Assembly: GCA_902526535.1 (NCBI GenBank) | Contig: CABZLG010000001.1 | Location: 10,101 to 74,100, forward strand | Origin: an uncultured SAR86 cluster bacterium | GTDB taxonomy: Bacteria > Pseudomonadota > Gammaproteobacteria > Magnimaribacterales > TMED112 | Length of the DNA: 64,000 bases | Reading direction: 5' to 3' | Shown: piece by piece, positions 13,604 through 28,261 of the stretch | Numbering within the stretch: position 1 is the first letter of the stretch | Layout of the letters: the number at the start of each line of letters is the position of its first letter | Position numbers and translations under genes: made by a program | The notes under the pieces: generated by a model | Seen by the model: the letters and a program-made list of their open reading frames with translations, nothing else | What the model was told of the DNA's origin: nothing | Database searches by the model: none

Positions 13604-14908
13604 ATGTCTAACAAGCTATCTACAATAAATATTTTCAATCAAAGCGTCAAAGAATTAGAAAGATCAATGAATCCCCCTGAATATAACTCATGGGTAAGAC
13701 CTCTTGAATTTGATCTAAAGGAGAATAACTTCAATATATATGCTCCAAACGAGTTCATTGAAAACTTTTTTAGAGAAAAGTATCTGCCAAGACTTATGGA
13801 GCTTCTCGAAAATAGCATTGGAAGAAACAGATTTATATTAAATCTAGGAGTTCAACAATCAACAAGTCCTGTAAGCAGTTATGATAGAACTGGTTTAAAT
13901 GATAATTACATTTTCGAAAGCTTTGTTGAGGGTAAATCAAATCAAATAGCTCTTGCTGCTGCAAAACAGGTTGCTGATCAGGCAACAGGAAGCAAATATA
14001 ACCCACTTTTTTTATACGGTGGAGTTGGTCTAGGAAAAACACACTTGATGCATGCAATTGGAAACAAGCTCAAAAAAGAAAGACCTGATGCGAAAATTTG
14101 TTATCTTCACTCTGAAACTTTTGTAAGTGAAATGGTAAAAGCCTTGCAGCTAGGAGCGATGAACGAATTCAAAAAATTTTACAGAGGTCTCAATGCACTT
14201 TTAATAGATGATATACAGTTTTTTGCTGGTAAAGAACAATCACAAGATGAGCTTTTTCATACATTTAACTGTTTGATAGAAAATGGCAACCTAATGATTT
14301 TTTCTTGCGACAGATACCCAAAAGAGATAGAGGGTCTCGAGGAAAGACTTAAATCTCGTTTTGGTTGGGGCCTTTCTGCTGTAATAGATCCCCCTGCACT
14401 TGAAACTAGAGCTGCAATATTAATGCAAAAAGCGAATGATATGGGGTTAACTCTGTCAGATGAATGTGCCTTTTTTATTGCAGATCAAGTAAAGTCAAAC
14501 GTTCGAGAGCTTGAAGGAGCACTTACTAGAGTTGTAGCAAATGCACGTTTCACAGATGCTGAAATTAATATTGAATTAATTAAAAACTCCTTAAGAGATA
14601 TATTGGCAATACAAGCTAGGATGGTAACAATACCAAACATTCAGAGAGTTGTTGCAGAATACTACAACATTAGAGTTTCAGATCTACTTTCTTCTAGAAG
14701 AAGCAGGTCTGTGACTAGGCCAAGGCAAATTGCAATGTCTCTCGCAAAGACACTTACAAACCATAGCCTTCCAGAAATTGGAGAGTCTTTTGGAGGCAGA
14801 GACCATACTACAGTTATTCACGCATGTGAAAAAGTTAAAGAACTTATGCATACGAATTTAGAAATTGATGAAGATTTCAAAAAGTTAAGAAGACATCTTT
14901 CAGCGTAA
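13604..14908 (+). CDS. dnaA: Replication initiator DnaA
   Basis: YNPLFLYGGVGLGKTHL, DDIQF, GGRDHTTV. Confidence 0.99.
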   Translation: MSNKLSTINIFNQSVKELERSMNPPEYNSWVRPLEFDLKENNFNIYAPNEFIENFFREKYLPRLMELLENSIGRNRFILNLGVQQSTSPVSSYDRTGLNDNYIFESFVEGKSNQIALAAAKQVADQATGSKYNPLFLYGGVGLGKTHLMHAIGNKLKKERPDAKICYLHSETFVSEMVKALQLGAMNEFKKFYRGLNALLIDDIQFFAGKEQSQDELFHTFNCLIENGNLMIFSCDRYPKEIEGLEERLKSRFGWGLSAVIDPPALETRAAILMQKANDMGLTLSDECAFFIADQVKSNVRELEGALTRVVANARFTDAEINIELIKNSLRDILAIQARMVTIPNIQRVVAEYYNIRVSDLLSSRRSRSVTRPRQIAMSLAKTLTNHSLPEIGESFGGRDHTTVIHACEKVKELMHTNLEIDEDFKKLRRHLSA

Positions 14909-14909
14909 A

Positions 14910-16003
14910 ATGAAATTTAATCTTGATAAAAAAGATATAGATTCGGTGCTATTATCACTTTCAGCAGTTGCAGACAAAAAGCAAACATTGCCTGTTTTAA
15001 GCAATATCTTAATTAAAGCATATGAAAATCGTTTAAATATGCTAAGCACTGATTTAGAGATAGAATTAGAAATGGAAGTAGAAAACGTTGTTGTTGAAGC
15101 TCCAGGAGAAATTACAATTCCAGCCAAAAAAGCAAGCGATATAGTGAAAGAGCTTCCGGATGGCAACATATCTTTTTCTTTGGAAGAAGGAGAGAAGTTC
15201 CAGATTAAAACTTCCACTGGCGAATATAATCTTGTAACAATGGAAGCTTCAAGTTTTCCTGAATTTTCATCTGTTCAAACTGAAAATGCACATGAAATTA
15301 ATTCAGAAGAATTGATAGAGTTATTTCAAATGACAAGTTTTGCTATGGGCAATCAAGATTGGAGACACTACCTTAATGGAACTTACATTGAATGTGTAAT
15401 GGGATCAATAAAAATGGTAGCTACAGACGCTCATCGACTTGCAATGTTTAAAAAAGCATTTAATGCAGAAGCTGAATTTAGTGGAATTATTCCTAGAAAA
15501 ACCTGTATGGAGCTTATGAGAATACTGCCTAAAGAAAATGCCAAAATTAAGTTTTTTTTAGATCAAAATAGAATTGTATTTTCTTCTTCTAACTTTATTT
15601 TTAAATCAAAATTAATTGATGCAAATTTTCCAAATTATAATCAGGTCATACCATCCGGAGATTCTGTAGAAATTAAAGTTAATAGGGAAGAGCTCCTTGA
15701 TATAGTTTCAAGGGTGTCAGTTCTGTCAAATGATAAATTTAAAGGTGTAAAGCTTAAATCAGAAGGCAATTTGTTAAAAATCTTTTCTAGTAATAACGAT
15801 CAAGAATCAGCAGAGGAAGAACTAGAGCTTGAGGTTGCAAATGATGGATTTGAAATAGCATTCAATGTTAATTATTTGCGAGAAATGCTTAATACAATTG
15901 AAGATAAAAGCATTTCTATACTTAGTTATGGCAATGAAAAGAGCGCTCTTATGAAAACCACAAATGTTGATAGAGTTTTAGTGTTAATGCCAGTACGTCT
16001 TTA

Positions 16004-16004
<1 letters not shown>
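14910..16004 (+). CDS. dnaN: DNA polymerase III beta clamp
   Basis: TLPVLSNI, STDLE, ATDAHRL, terminal LMPVRL. Confidence 0.98.
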
Positions 16005-20323
<4,319 letters not shown>

Positions 20324-20363
20324 TTTTTTAATAAACTATAAAAGGTATTCTAGTATTTTAAAA

Positions 20364-21182
20364 ATGTTTCTCATAATTTTTAAAACAATATCTACATTTC
20401 CATTATTTTTAATAAATGGAATCTCATTAGCTATTTCAACAATACTTTTCAGATTAAATAGTTCACAAAAAAGAGTTACTGAAAAAAATTTAAATCATTG
20501 TGGATTCTATTCAAATCAGCTTTTGAGATTATCTGTAAACAAAACTTTAGAGAGTATGATGTTATACCCGTACATCTGGGGAAATCCAAAAAATTATTCA
20601 AAACTTATTGATAAATATGACTCTAGTCATGAAATTTTTTCAAAGGATGAAAGTAAATTAATTTTTACTCTTCACATGGGGTGTGTGGATGTGATGTTGA
20701 ATCTACTTTCTGACGAAATTAAGAGCCTAGACATTATTTATACTCCAGCAAAGAATAGTGAGCTTGATAAGATTATTAGAGCATCAAGAACTTATTTCGA
20801 GGCAAACATGATTCCTGCTAATGAGAAAGGAATGATTAAGCTCTATAAGAATTTTTTAAACAAGAAAAGTTTAGCAATGGCATCTGATTTAGTGCCACAT
20901 AATTTCAATGGAAAATACTCTAAATTCTTTGGTAAAAAATGTTTTAGCATTGACCTTTTAGAAAAGCTTTCTAAAAAAGGTACACACAACATTTATTTTG
21001 TTTACTTTACAAAAGGTTTACAAAAAAAATATAAATTTAATGCTATAAATATTGGCAAGCAGCTGACAATTGATGCAATGAATCAATATTTTGAAAAGGC
21101 TATAAAAGAATCTCCAGAACTTTATGGATGGGAATATAAAAAGTTCAGAAAATTAGATAAAGAAAATAGAAATATTTATTAA
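20364..21182 (+). CDS. LpxL/HtrB-family (lipid A biosynthesis) acyltransferase
   Basis: HMGCVD (HxxxxD/E), ASDLVP, FFG, PELYGWEYKKFR; position between glycyl-tRNA ligase and trkH as in other gammaproteobacteria. Confidence 0.8.
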   Translation: MFLIIFKTISTFPLFLINGISLAISTILFRLNSSQKRVTEKNLNHCGFYSNQLLRLSVNKTLESMMLYPYIWGNPKNYSKLIDKYDSSHEIFSKDESKLIFTLHMGCVDVMLNLLSDEIKSLDIIYTPAKNSELDKIIRASRTYFEANMIPANEKGMIKLYKNFLNKKSLAMASDLVPHNFNGKYSKFFGKKCFSIDLLEKLSKKGTHNIYFVYFTKGLQKKYKFNAINIGKQLTIDAMNQYFEKAIKESPELYGWEYKKFRKLDKENRNIY

Positions 21183-22615
21183 CTTTTCCAAAAAGAAGGA
21201 AATAGCAACAACAAAAAACCAAAAATCTCAAGACGCCCAATAATCATTGCTAACGAAAGTGTAATTTTTCCTGCAGGTTCTAAACTTGAATAATTTTCTG
21301 AAAATTGTCCAAGGCCGGGCCCAAGATTATTTAAGGTTGCACTCACAGCAGAGAAAGCAGAATAAAAGTCGATATTTTGAAGCATAAGAGTAAGCAAGAA
21401 TAGGATTGCAATTAGAACATAAATTACAACAAAAGAGAAAACTGATTCAATTTGCTTTTGCTTAATTTTTTCACCATTAAATTTAATTGTGCTGACCGCA
21501 GTAGGGTGCATAATTTTAGTTATATTATCAAAGGCTAATCTTATTAGAATGTTAATTCTCCATGCCTTCATGCCTCCTCCAACTGATCCTGAACATGCAC
21601 CTATAAATGCTAAGAGCATTATTAAGACAGGCAATAAAATACCCATTCTATTAAGGTCAGTAATAGTAAATCCTGTTGTTGTAATTATTGATATTGTTTG
21701 AAATATACCATACCTAAATGACTCACTTAAACCTATTTGTTCGTTGAATAATAAAACTGAGACACTGAATGTTGTTGCTGCAAGAATAAGCAACAAAAAG
21801 AATTTAAATTCATCATTTTTTACATAAAATTTAAAGTCTTTTTTCAAAAAAAATAAAAAATGTAATCCAAAATTTGTTGCAGATATCAATATGAAAATAA
21901 TGGCTATCCCCTCAATTAATGGACTATTAAAATATCCAAAATTATCGTCATAAATAGAAAACCCACCAATCGAGACAGTACTAAATGAATGAGATATAGC
22001 CTCAAAATAAGTCATCCCTGCAAGCCAATAAGAAATAGCGCAAAGGAGTGTGATTCCTAAATAAAATCTAAGCAGTGATCTTGCTGTCTTTCTGAGCCTT
22101 GGAGAAAAACTATTTTCCGCAAAACCAGATGTTTCAGCTTGAAGTACTTTTATTCCACCAGAAGCTGCTGGTATTATTGCAAGAACAACAATTATTAAAC
22201 CAACCCCTCCTGCCCATTGAAGTAGCTGTCTATAAATAAGAAGAGACTCTGATAATGCAGAAAGATTGGATATTGTTGTTGAGCCAGTAGTTGTTAGACC
22301 AGAGACAGCCTCAAATATTGAATCTGCATAACTCATTCCACTAAATAAGAATGGAAGGGAAGCTAAAATAGAAACAAAAAACCAACCAAAAGAAGTAATC
22401 AAGAAACCATCTCTGGGGGTATAGGTAAACCTTTTTCTTCTGAGAGTAAGCTCAATTAAAATCCCATATACTAAACAACTTACAAAAATTGATAAAAAAA
22501 TTATTTCTACTTGTGATGTATAAGCCTGCATAATAAGAGGTGGCAAAATTACAAATGTTGCAAAAAACAACATTAAAGGACCTAAGAATCTAAGAAATTT
22601 TAGAAAACTAATCAT
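21179..22615 (-). CDS. trkH: Trk potassium uptake membrane subunit
   Basis: SGLTTTG, STVSIGGF, TTTGF, LNNLGPG pore motifs, IGRLEI. Confidence 0.96.
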   Translation of the reverse strand: MISFLKFLRFLGPLMLFFATFVILPPLIMQAYTSQVEIIFLSIFVSCLVYGILIELTLRRKRFTYTPRDGFLITSFGWFFVSILASLPFLFSGMSYADSIFEAVSGLTTTGSTTISNLSALSESLLIYRQLLQWAGGVGLIIVVLAIIPAASGGIKVLQAETSGFAENSFSPRLRKTARSLLRFYLGITLLCAISYWLAGMTYFEAISHSFSTVSIGGFSIYDDNFGYFNSPLIEGIAIIFILISATNFGLHFLFFLKKDFKFYVKNDEFKFFLLLILAATTFSVSVLLFNEQIGLSESFRYGIFQTISIITTTGFTITDLNRMGILLPVLIMLLAFIGACSGSVGGGMKAWRINILIRLAFDNITKIMHPTAVSTIKFNGEKIKQKQIESVFSFVVIYVLIAILFLLTLMLQNIDFYSAFSAVSATLNNLGPGLGQFSENYSSLEPAGKITLSLAMIIGRLEIFGFLLLLFPSFWKS

Positions 22616-23952
22616 TTAAACTTGTTGTAAAACTCATCAAAAGCTTTTTTATCCTTGTAAAAAATTATCAAATGGTCTCCCTCAAGAAGTTCCGTTTCTT
22701 TATGGGCTATAACTACACTCTCACCCCTCTGTAGGCAAGGTATTTCAATGGAGTCTTGCATCTTTAATTCACTTATTTTTTTGCCTTTTAGGCCCTCAGC
22801 AAAATTGTCAATAGTTATTTCTAAAACTTCTGCTTTCCCCTTTTTAACTTTATGAACATTCGAAACAGAACCTTTTCTTACATATTTTAAAATATATGAA
22901 ACAGTTATTTGTACAGGTGAAATGATGATGTCTAACTCATTTTTTCCTACTAGATCAAAGTAAGCGTCATTATTAATAATGGTAATTGTTTTCTTTGCAC
23001 CTAATTTCTTTGCCATTAATGAGCACAAAACATTGGTTTCATCATCTTGGGTAACTGCAACATAAACATCACATTCTGTAATGCCTTCATTAGCTAAGAA
23101 ATCTTTATCTGCTGCATCAGCATTTAAAATTAGAACATCATCTAGCAGATCAGAAGCAATCTTGCTTTGTGTTGAATCTTTTTCTATTACTTTTAAGTTA
23201 AAGTCATTTTTTATTTTAGAGGCCAATGAAGTACCAATATTACCTGCACCGACAACGTATATATTTTTATACTTATCTTCTAGTTTCTGAAGCTCTTGAG
23301 TTACATCCTCAATATGTTTTTCGTCGGCCATAAAAAAAACTTCATCTCCTTCCAATATCGTTGTATCGCCTGTTGGTATAATGAGGCCTTCATCCCTGTA
23401 TAAAGCAGGAATGCGTGTTTCATAATCAGGTAAATCACTATTTAATTCTTTTATCTGACGACCAACCAAGATACCGCTTTTTTTTGCGTAGACACTTACA
23501 AGCTTAATTTTTCCTTCAGCAAAATCTAAAATTTCTAAAGCACCAGGATGTTTCAAAAGACTCTTTATTTCATCAGTGATAAGATCTTCAGGATTAATAA
23601 AAAAATCTACATGGCTTGCAATTTTTTTAGCGATTTCTTTGTATTCAGACCCCTTTAATCTGCAGATTATTTTTTTTACATCAAATTTTGCATGTGCAAT
23701 TATTGATGCTAAAAGATTTATTTCTTCTGAATCTGTAAGACAAAGAAGTAAACTGTTTTCATCCAAGTTGCTTTTAGAAAGTGTATTAGGAGAGGTAGCA
23801 TCTCCAATCACTGTTTTAATTCCCTCTTTTGATTTTAGTGGCTCAAGATTAGCTTCATTGTTGTCTATTACAACAATGTCATTATCTTCGGTTGATAATT
23901 CTGTAGCAACACTGCCACCTATTGAACCACCACCGAGTATGATTATCTTCAA
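22612..23952 (-). CDS. trkA: Trk potassium uptake NAD-binding subunit
   Basis: Two RCK domains with GGGSIG and GAGNIG motifs. Confidence 0.96.
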   Translation of the reverse strand: MKIIILGGGSIGGSVATELSTEDNDIVVIDNNEANLEPLKSKEGIKTVIGDATSPNTLSKSNLDENSLLLCLTDSEEINLLASIIAHAKFDVKKIICRLKGSEYKEIAKKIASHVDFFINPEDLITDEIKSLLKHPGALEILDFAEGKIKLVSVYAKKSGILVGRQIKELNSDLPDYETRIPALYRDEGLIIPTGDTTILEGDEVFFMADEKHIEDVTQELQKLEDKYKNIYVVGAGNIGTSLASKIKNDFNLKVIEKDSTQSKIASDLLDDVLILNADAADKDFLANEGITECDVYVAVTQDDETNVLCSLMAKKLGAKKTITIINNDAYFDLVGKNELDIIISPVQITVSYILKYVRKGSVSNVHKVKKGKAEVLEITIDNFAEGLKGKKISELKMQDSIEIPCLQRGESVVIAHKETELLEGDHLIIFYKDKKAFDEFYNKFK

Positions 23953-24890
23953 ATCAAGTTTCCCTTAAGAGGAATTATATCTCTTTTTGAATTAAAGAAA
24001 TCATTTGATGAAATTACTTTTTTACCTGGAAACTGGAAACTTTTTAAGTTTATCGCTCCTTTTTGACAGCAAACTGTCATGCCATTTTTGTCAAAAGAAA
24101 AAATTTCACCTGGAATACCTGTGATAGTTTTAATATTCTCAATGTCTATTGCTTTTACTGTTTCATTATTGAATTTAAAATAGCTGCCAGGCCACCTTTT
24201 GAATGCTAAAAAATTTCTAAATACCTGAGAAGAATCTATATTCCAATTTATCAATCCTTCTTCTTTCATGACCTTATGGGCATATGTTACTTTTTCTTCT
24301 TCTTGAGTTTTAGGTATTATTTCTTCAGAACAAATTTCAACAATTGTACTACTCAAATGCATATTGGTCATTTCAACTAACTTTTTCTCTAAAATATAAA
24401 TATCTTGGCCATGGTTCTTTGTAGAAAAAGTTTTATATATTCCTCCTGCATCAAGCTTTTCTTCTATTTTCATAAAACTTACTCCAAGGCTTTTATCACC
24501 ATTTGCAATAGCTCTTTGCATAGGTGCTGCACCTCGCCATTTAGGCAGTATAGAAAAATGAACATTTAAACATCCATATTTAGGATGTTCCAAGAGCCAA
24601 CGCGGCAAAATTTTGCCATAGGCCACAACAATAAGAAGATCTATATTCTGTTTAAGAATAATCTTTTTAAAATCACTATCATTTAAGTTCTCAGGCTGAA
24701 GTACGCTATATATGGCTTTTTTTTGTAGAAACTTAGAACTTTTGAGTTGAGCTCCTCTGCCAGCCTTTTTGTCAGTTTGAGTGAGGATAAAGTTTATATG
24801 AAAGTCTTGATTTGATAATTCCTCGAATATATCGAATGAAATTTCAGGGGTACCTGCAAAGGCTATATTGATATTACTATTTTTTTTCAT
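23949..24890 (-). CDS. fmt: Methionyl-tRNA formyltransferase
   Basis: FAGTP, VVAYGKIL, NVHFSILPKWRGAAP. Confidence 0.97.
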   Translation of the reverse strand: MKKNSNINIAFAGTPEISFDIFEELSNQDFHINFILTQTDKKAGRGAQLKSSKFLQKKAIYSVLQPENLNDSDFKKIILKQNIDLLIVVAYGKILPRWLLEHPKYGCLNVHFSILPKWRGAAPMQRAIANGDKSLGVSFMKIEEKLDAGGIYKTFSTKNHGQDIYILEKKLVEMTNMHLSSTIVEICSEEIIPKTQEEEKVTYAHKVMKEEGLINWNIDSSQVFRNFLAFKRWPGSYFKFNNETVKAIDIENIKTITGIPGEIFSFDKNGMTVCCQKGAINLKSFQFPGKKVISSNDFFNSKRDIIPLKGNLI

Positions 24891-25383
24891 CTTTAAGCTT
24901 CAAAAGCTTATCTCTAATTCTATTTCTCTTTAAAGACGATGAATAATCTACTAATAATTTTCCGTTTAAATGATCAATTTCATGCTGGATGCAAAAACCT
25001 AATAAACCATCTGCAGTCAATTCTTTATCTGAGCCATTTAAGTCTTGATATTTTAATTTTATTTTCTTTACTCTTTTAACTTCTTGCCTAAAAGAAGGAA
25101 TTGACAGGCAGCCTTCTTCCGATAATTCAAGAGTATCATCTAAAATTTCATAATCAGGATTTACAATGTATAGAGGGCTACTTTTGTCTTCAGACAAATC
25201 AATTACTATTAATCTTTTATGTATGTCCACTTGAGTTGCAGCCAGCCCTATACCTTTGTCTTCATACATTGTATGCAGCATATCGGATGCCATAGACTTT
25301 AATTTGTCATTAAATTCTATAACTGGTTCAGCAGTTTTTCTTAACCTTGGGTCAGGAAATGTTAATATGTTCAACTTATTCAT
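24877..25383 (-). CDS. def: Peptide deformylase
   Basis: GIGLAATQ, EGCLS, QHEIDHLNG. Confidence 0.98.
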   Translation of the reverse strand: MNKLNILTFPDPRLRKTAEPVIEFNDKLKSMASDMLHTMYEDKGIGLAATQVDIHKRLIVIDLSEDKSSPLYIVNPDYEILDDTLELSEEGCLSIPSFRQEVKRVKKIKLKYQDLNGSDKELTADGLLGFCIQHEIDHLNGKLLVDYSSSLKRNRIRDKLLKLKDEKK

Positions 25384-25404
25384 TTTTGTTATTATTAATA
25401 TTAT

Positions 25405-25902
25405 ATGAACGAAATTAAAGTTTCTGTAATTCTTGGCTCCGATTCGGATGTTGAATTAGGTAAAGCTGCGATTAACTCCTTGAAAGATTTTTCAATTCCT
25501 TGTGAATTAAAAGTCATATCTGCTCACCGCTCTCCTGATGTATTGGTAGATTATTTGAAAAATTCAAAAGGTAGAGGCTGCAAGGTCTATATTGGAATCG
25601 CCGGTATGGCAGCACACTTAGCTGGTGCAATCGCCGCACATTCATCAAGTCCAGTTTTAGGTGTTCCATCAGCTAACAGTTCTCTGAATGGGCTGGATGC
25701 AATCTTATCCACGTTACAAATGCCTGCAGGTGTACCAGTTGCAACTTTTGCGGCTGGAAAGGCTGGCGCAACAAATGCTGGAATTTTTGCCGCACAGATG
25801 TTAGCAGCTAGTAATGATGAATTAGCAGAAAAAATCAACTCTTTTAAAGCAGAGTTAAGAGAGAAAACTATTCTCAAAGATAAAAATCTTGATAGAGACT
25901 GA
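25405..25902 (+). CDS. purE: N5-CAIR mutase / AIR carboxylase PurE
   Basis: GSDSD, SAHRSP, AGMAAHLAG, QMPAGVPVAT. Confidence 0.97.
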   Translation: MNEIKVSVILGSDSDVELGKAAINSLKDFSIPCELKVISAHRSPDVLVDYLKNSKGRGCKVYIGIAGMAAHLAGAIAAHSSSPVLGVPSANSSLNGLDAILSTLQMPAGVPVATFAAGKAGATNAGIFAAQMLAASNDELAEKINSFKAELREKTILKDKNLDRD

Positions 25903-26410
25903 TAAGATACCTTTAGCAGCAAGTTGGATTAAAGAAAAAAAAATCATTGCTTATCCAACAGAGGGAGTTTGGGGTATTGGCTGTATTAACAATGAATTTG
26001 TAATATCTAAATTAAGTGAAATTAAACAAAGACCTAGAGATAAAAAATACATCCTGCTGTTCAAAAGTGTTTACGACTTAAGGAAAAAATTTGATGTGAA
26101 AAAAGATTACATCAAACAAATCAAGGAACTTTCAGATAGTTTTACAACAATTATTGTTCCTTTTGGTGAAAATAATAGTATTGCAGTCAGAATTCCGAAA
26201 ATAAAAATTCTTCAAGATTTGCTTGAAGAAGTTGGTGAAGAAATTGTTTCTACATCAGCAAACATATCATCTTTAAGCGTGTGTAAAAATGTTAAACAAA
26301 TTAAAACAGTTTTTTCTAAAAAAATTTTTGGTATTCTAAACCTCCCTTTAGGTGGAGAAAAAAGATCATCAAAAATTTATGATTTAAAGACAGATACTTA
26401 TGTTAGATAA
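25889..26410 (+). CDS. tsaC: Threonylcarbamoyl-AMP synthase (YrdC/TsaC)
   Basis: AYPTEGVWGIGC, KQRP, IAVRIP, STSAN. Confidence 0.94.
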   Translation: MIETDKIPLAASWIKEKKIIAYPTEGVWGIGCINNEFVISKLSEIKQRPRDKKYILLFKSVYDLRKKFDVKKDYIKQIKELSDSFTTIIVPFGENNSIAVRIPKIKILQDLLEEVGEEIVSTSANISSLSVCKNVKQIKTVFSKKIFGILNLPLGGEKRSSKIYDLKTDTYVR

Positions 26411-27284
26411 AATAGCAGAAAACTTTCGACAAATTCATCAATCACTAATAGATAACTTTTATTGTTATGAACAAAAAGAAAAAATTATTATTGATAAATG
26501 GGAAAAAGATTCACTTGGCCATGGTATTTCAGTTGTTGTAGATTGTGGCAAATTTTTCGATAAAGCGGGAATTAATTTTTCACAAATTTCCGGTAATTCT
26601 TTACCTAGATCATCTGTTGGAGGTGAGGGATATAAAGACGCTCCATATTTTGCGACTGGAGTTTCAGTTGTCTTTCATCCCAAAAACCCAAACATACCAA
26701 CCTCACATCTGAATGTAAGGTATTTTGCGACTTTTAATGAGAAAAATGAAATTAATGAAGATTGGTTTGGGGGAGGTTTTGACTTAACACCTTATGTTCC
26801 TTTTAAAGAGGATTGTAAATCATGGCATCAGCAAGCCCAAATTGCGTCAAAAAACAGATATCAAGAATGGAAAAAAAATTGTGATGATTATTTTTATTTA
26901 AAACATAGAAATGAGCACAGGGGTATTGGCGGTATTTTTTATGAAAAACAGACATTTGAAAAATCTGAACAAGGATTACAGCTATCTAAAAGCGTTGCAG
27001 AGTGTTTTTTAAATGGATACAGCAATATTTTAGATAAAAGAAAAGACCTTAAGTTTACAGAAAGACAAAAAGAGTTTCAGATTTTTAGAAGAGGAAGGTA
27101 TGTAGAATTTAATCTCTTGTATGACAGAGGAACTTTATTTGGACTTCAGTCTGGAGGGAGAATAGAGTCAATTTTAATGTCTCTTCCCAGTAAAGTTTCA
27201 TGGCGCTATAAATTTGATCAAAATCTAAATAGTGAGGAACAAGATCTTTACAACCTTATATCCAAACAGCATCAATGGATATGA
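26400..27284 (+). CDS. hemF: Oxygen-dependent coproporphyrinogen III oxidase
   Basis: HPKNP, WFGGGFDLTP, RRGRYVEFNL, GGRIESILMSLP. Confidence 0.97.
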   Translation: MLDKIAENFRQIHQSLIDNFYCYEQKEKIIIDKWEKDSLGHGISVVVDCGKFFDKAGINFSQISGNSLPRSSVGGEGYKDAPYFATGVSVVFHPKNPNIPTSHLNVRYFATFNEKNEINEDWFGGGFDLTPYVPFKEDCKSWHQQAQIASKNRYQEWKKNCDDYFYLKHRNEHRGIGGIFYEKQTFEKSEQGLQLSKSVAECFLNGYSNILDKRKDLKFTERQKEFQIFRRGRYVEFNLLYDRGTLFGLQSGGRIESILMSLPSKVSWRYKFDQNLNSEEQDLYNLISKQHQWI

Positions 27285-28048
27285 AATATAAACTTGGCGT
27301 ACTTGGCAAAGGAATCTTTTATTCGTTATCCCCCAAAATTCATAATTTATTCGCTAAAAAAAGCAATATTGATATTGAATATGAAATTTATGACATAGAA
27401 AAAGATTCTTTAACTTTTATAGATAATTTTTTCAAAAATGGTGGGCACGGATTAAATATAACCCAACCGTTTAAAGAAGAAGTAGGAAAATTTTATAATG
27501 CGCCACCCTCAAACATTCTCTTCAAAAGTGATAATGAGATAAAAGCTGACTCAGTTGATGCAGAGGGACTTTTCACTGATTTATTTAAAAAAAATATTAA
27601 AATAAATTCTGATACAAGAATTTTGTTGTTGGGATTAGGTGGTGCTGGGATCTCGATAATTAATTCCTCAATATTTAGCAAATGTAATTTTGTAGTTTGG
27701 AATAGATCCAAGAGTAAATACAAAAATATTCAGAGAGAATTTTTAGAATTTAAAAATAATTATGATAAGAAAATTGATCTTGTAGTTTCATGCGTCTCAG
27801 AAATGAATAATGAAATTTCTGAGATTATTTTGAACACAAAATTTCAAGAATTTGCACACATATATGATATTAATTACAAAAACAAAACCAATACACATTA
27901 CAAAAAAATTTCTTTAAAAAAAAATGTTAGTTTTAATTCAGGCGAAGGTATGTTGGTTGAACAAGCTGCACTTTCATGGATGAGATGGTTTGATAATAAA
28001 CCTGACACTGCAGATGTTAAAGTAATAATACAAAATGAAAGGATATAA
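27275..28048 (+). CDS. aroE: Shikimate dehydrogenase (divergent)
   Basis: SLSPKIH, GLNITQPFK, GLGGAG, WNRS, GMLVEQAA; hemF-aroE order. Confidence 0.88.
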   Translation: MDMKYKLGVLGKGIFYSLSPKIHNLFAKKSNIDIEYEIYDIEKDSLTFIDNFFKNGGHGLNITQPFKEEVGKFYNAPPSNILFKSDNEIKADSVDAEGLFTDLFKKNIKINSDTRILLLGLGGAGISIINSSIFSKCNFVVWNRSKSKYKNIQREFLEFKNNYDKKIDLVVSCVSEMNNEISEIILNTKFQEFAHIYDINYKNKTNTHYKKISLKKNVSFNSGEGMLVEQAALSWMRWFDNKPDTADVKVIIQNERI

Positions 28049-28199
28049 ATTTATCGCTGGAGCCATATGCCCTTCTTGTAAGGAGCAAGATAGTATAGTT
28101 CTAAAAGACGACGATTCCGAAGTTAAATGTATTTCCTGTAATTACTTTGAGCTTAAGGATGATAAGGATCTTGATTCAATTAAAATAATGGATGATTAG
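28035..28199 (+). CDS. yheV: YheV-family putative zinc-ribbon protein (54 aa, not in ORF track)
   Basis: Hand-translated MKGYKFIAGAICPSCKEQDSI...VKCISCNY; FIAGAxCPxC signature and a second CxxC. Confidence 0.85.
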   Translation: MKGYKFIAGAICPSCKEQDSIVLKDDDSEVKCISCNYFELKDDKDLDSIKIMDD

Positions 28200-28261
28200 A
28201 AGTGACTATTAGTGGCATTTATTTCTCGACATAAGGGATATTTATAGTAATATATGCGTAA

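Noticed and set aside
13413-13628. 71-aa plus-strand ORF in the track
   Set aside because: Antisense to the real rpmH gene and crosses the dnaA promoter
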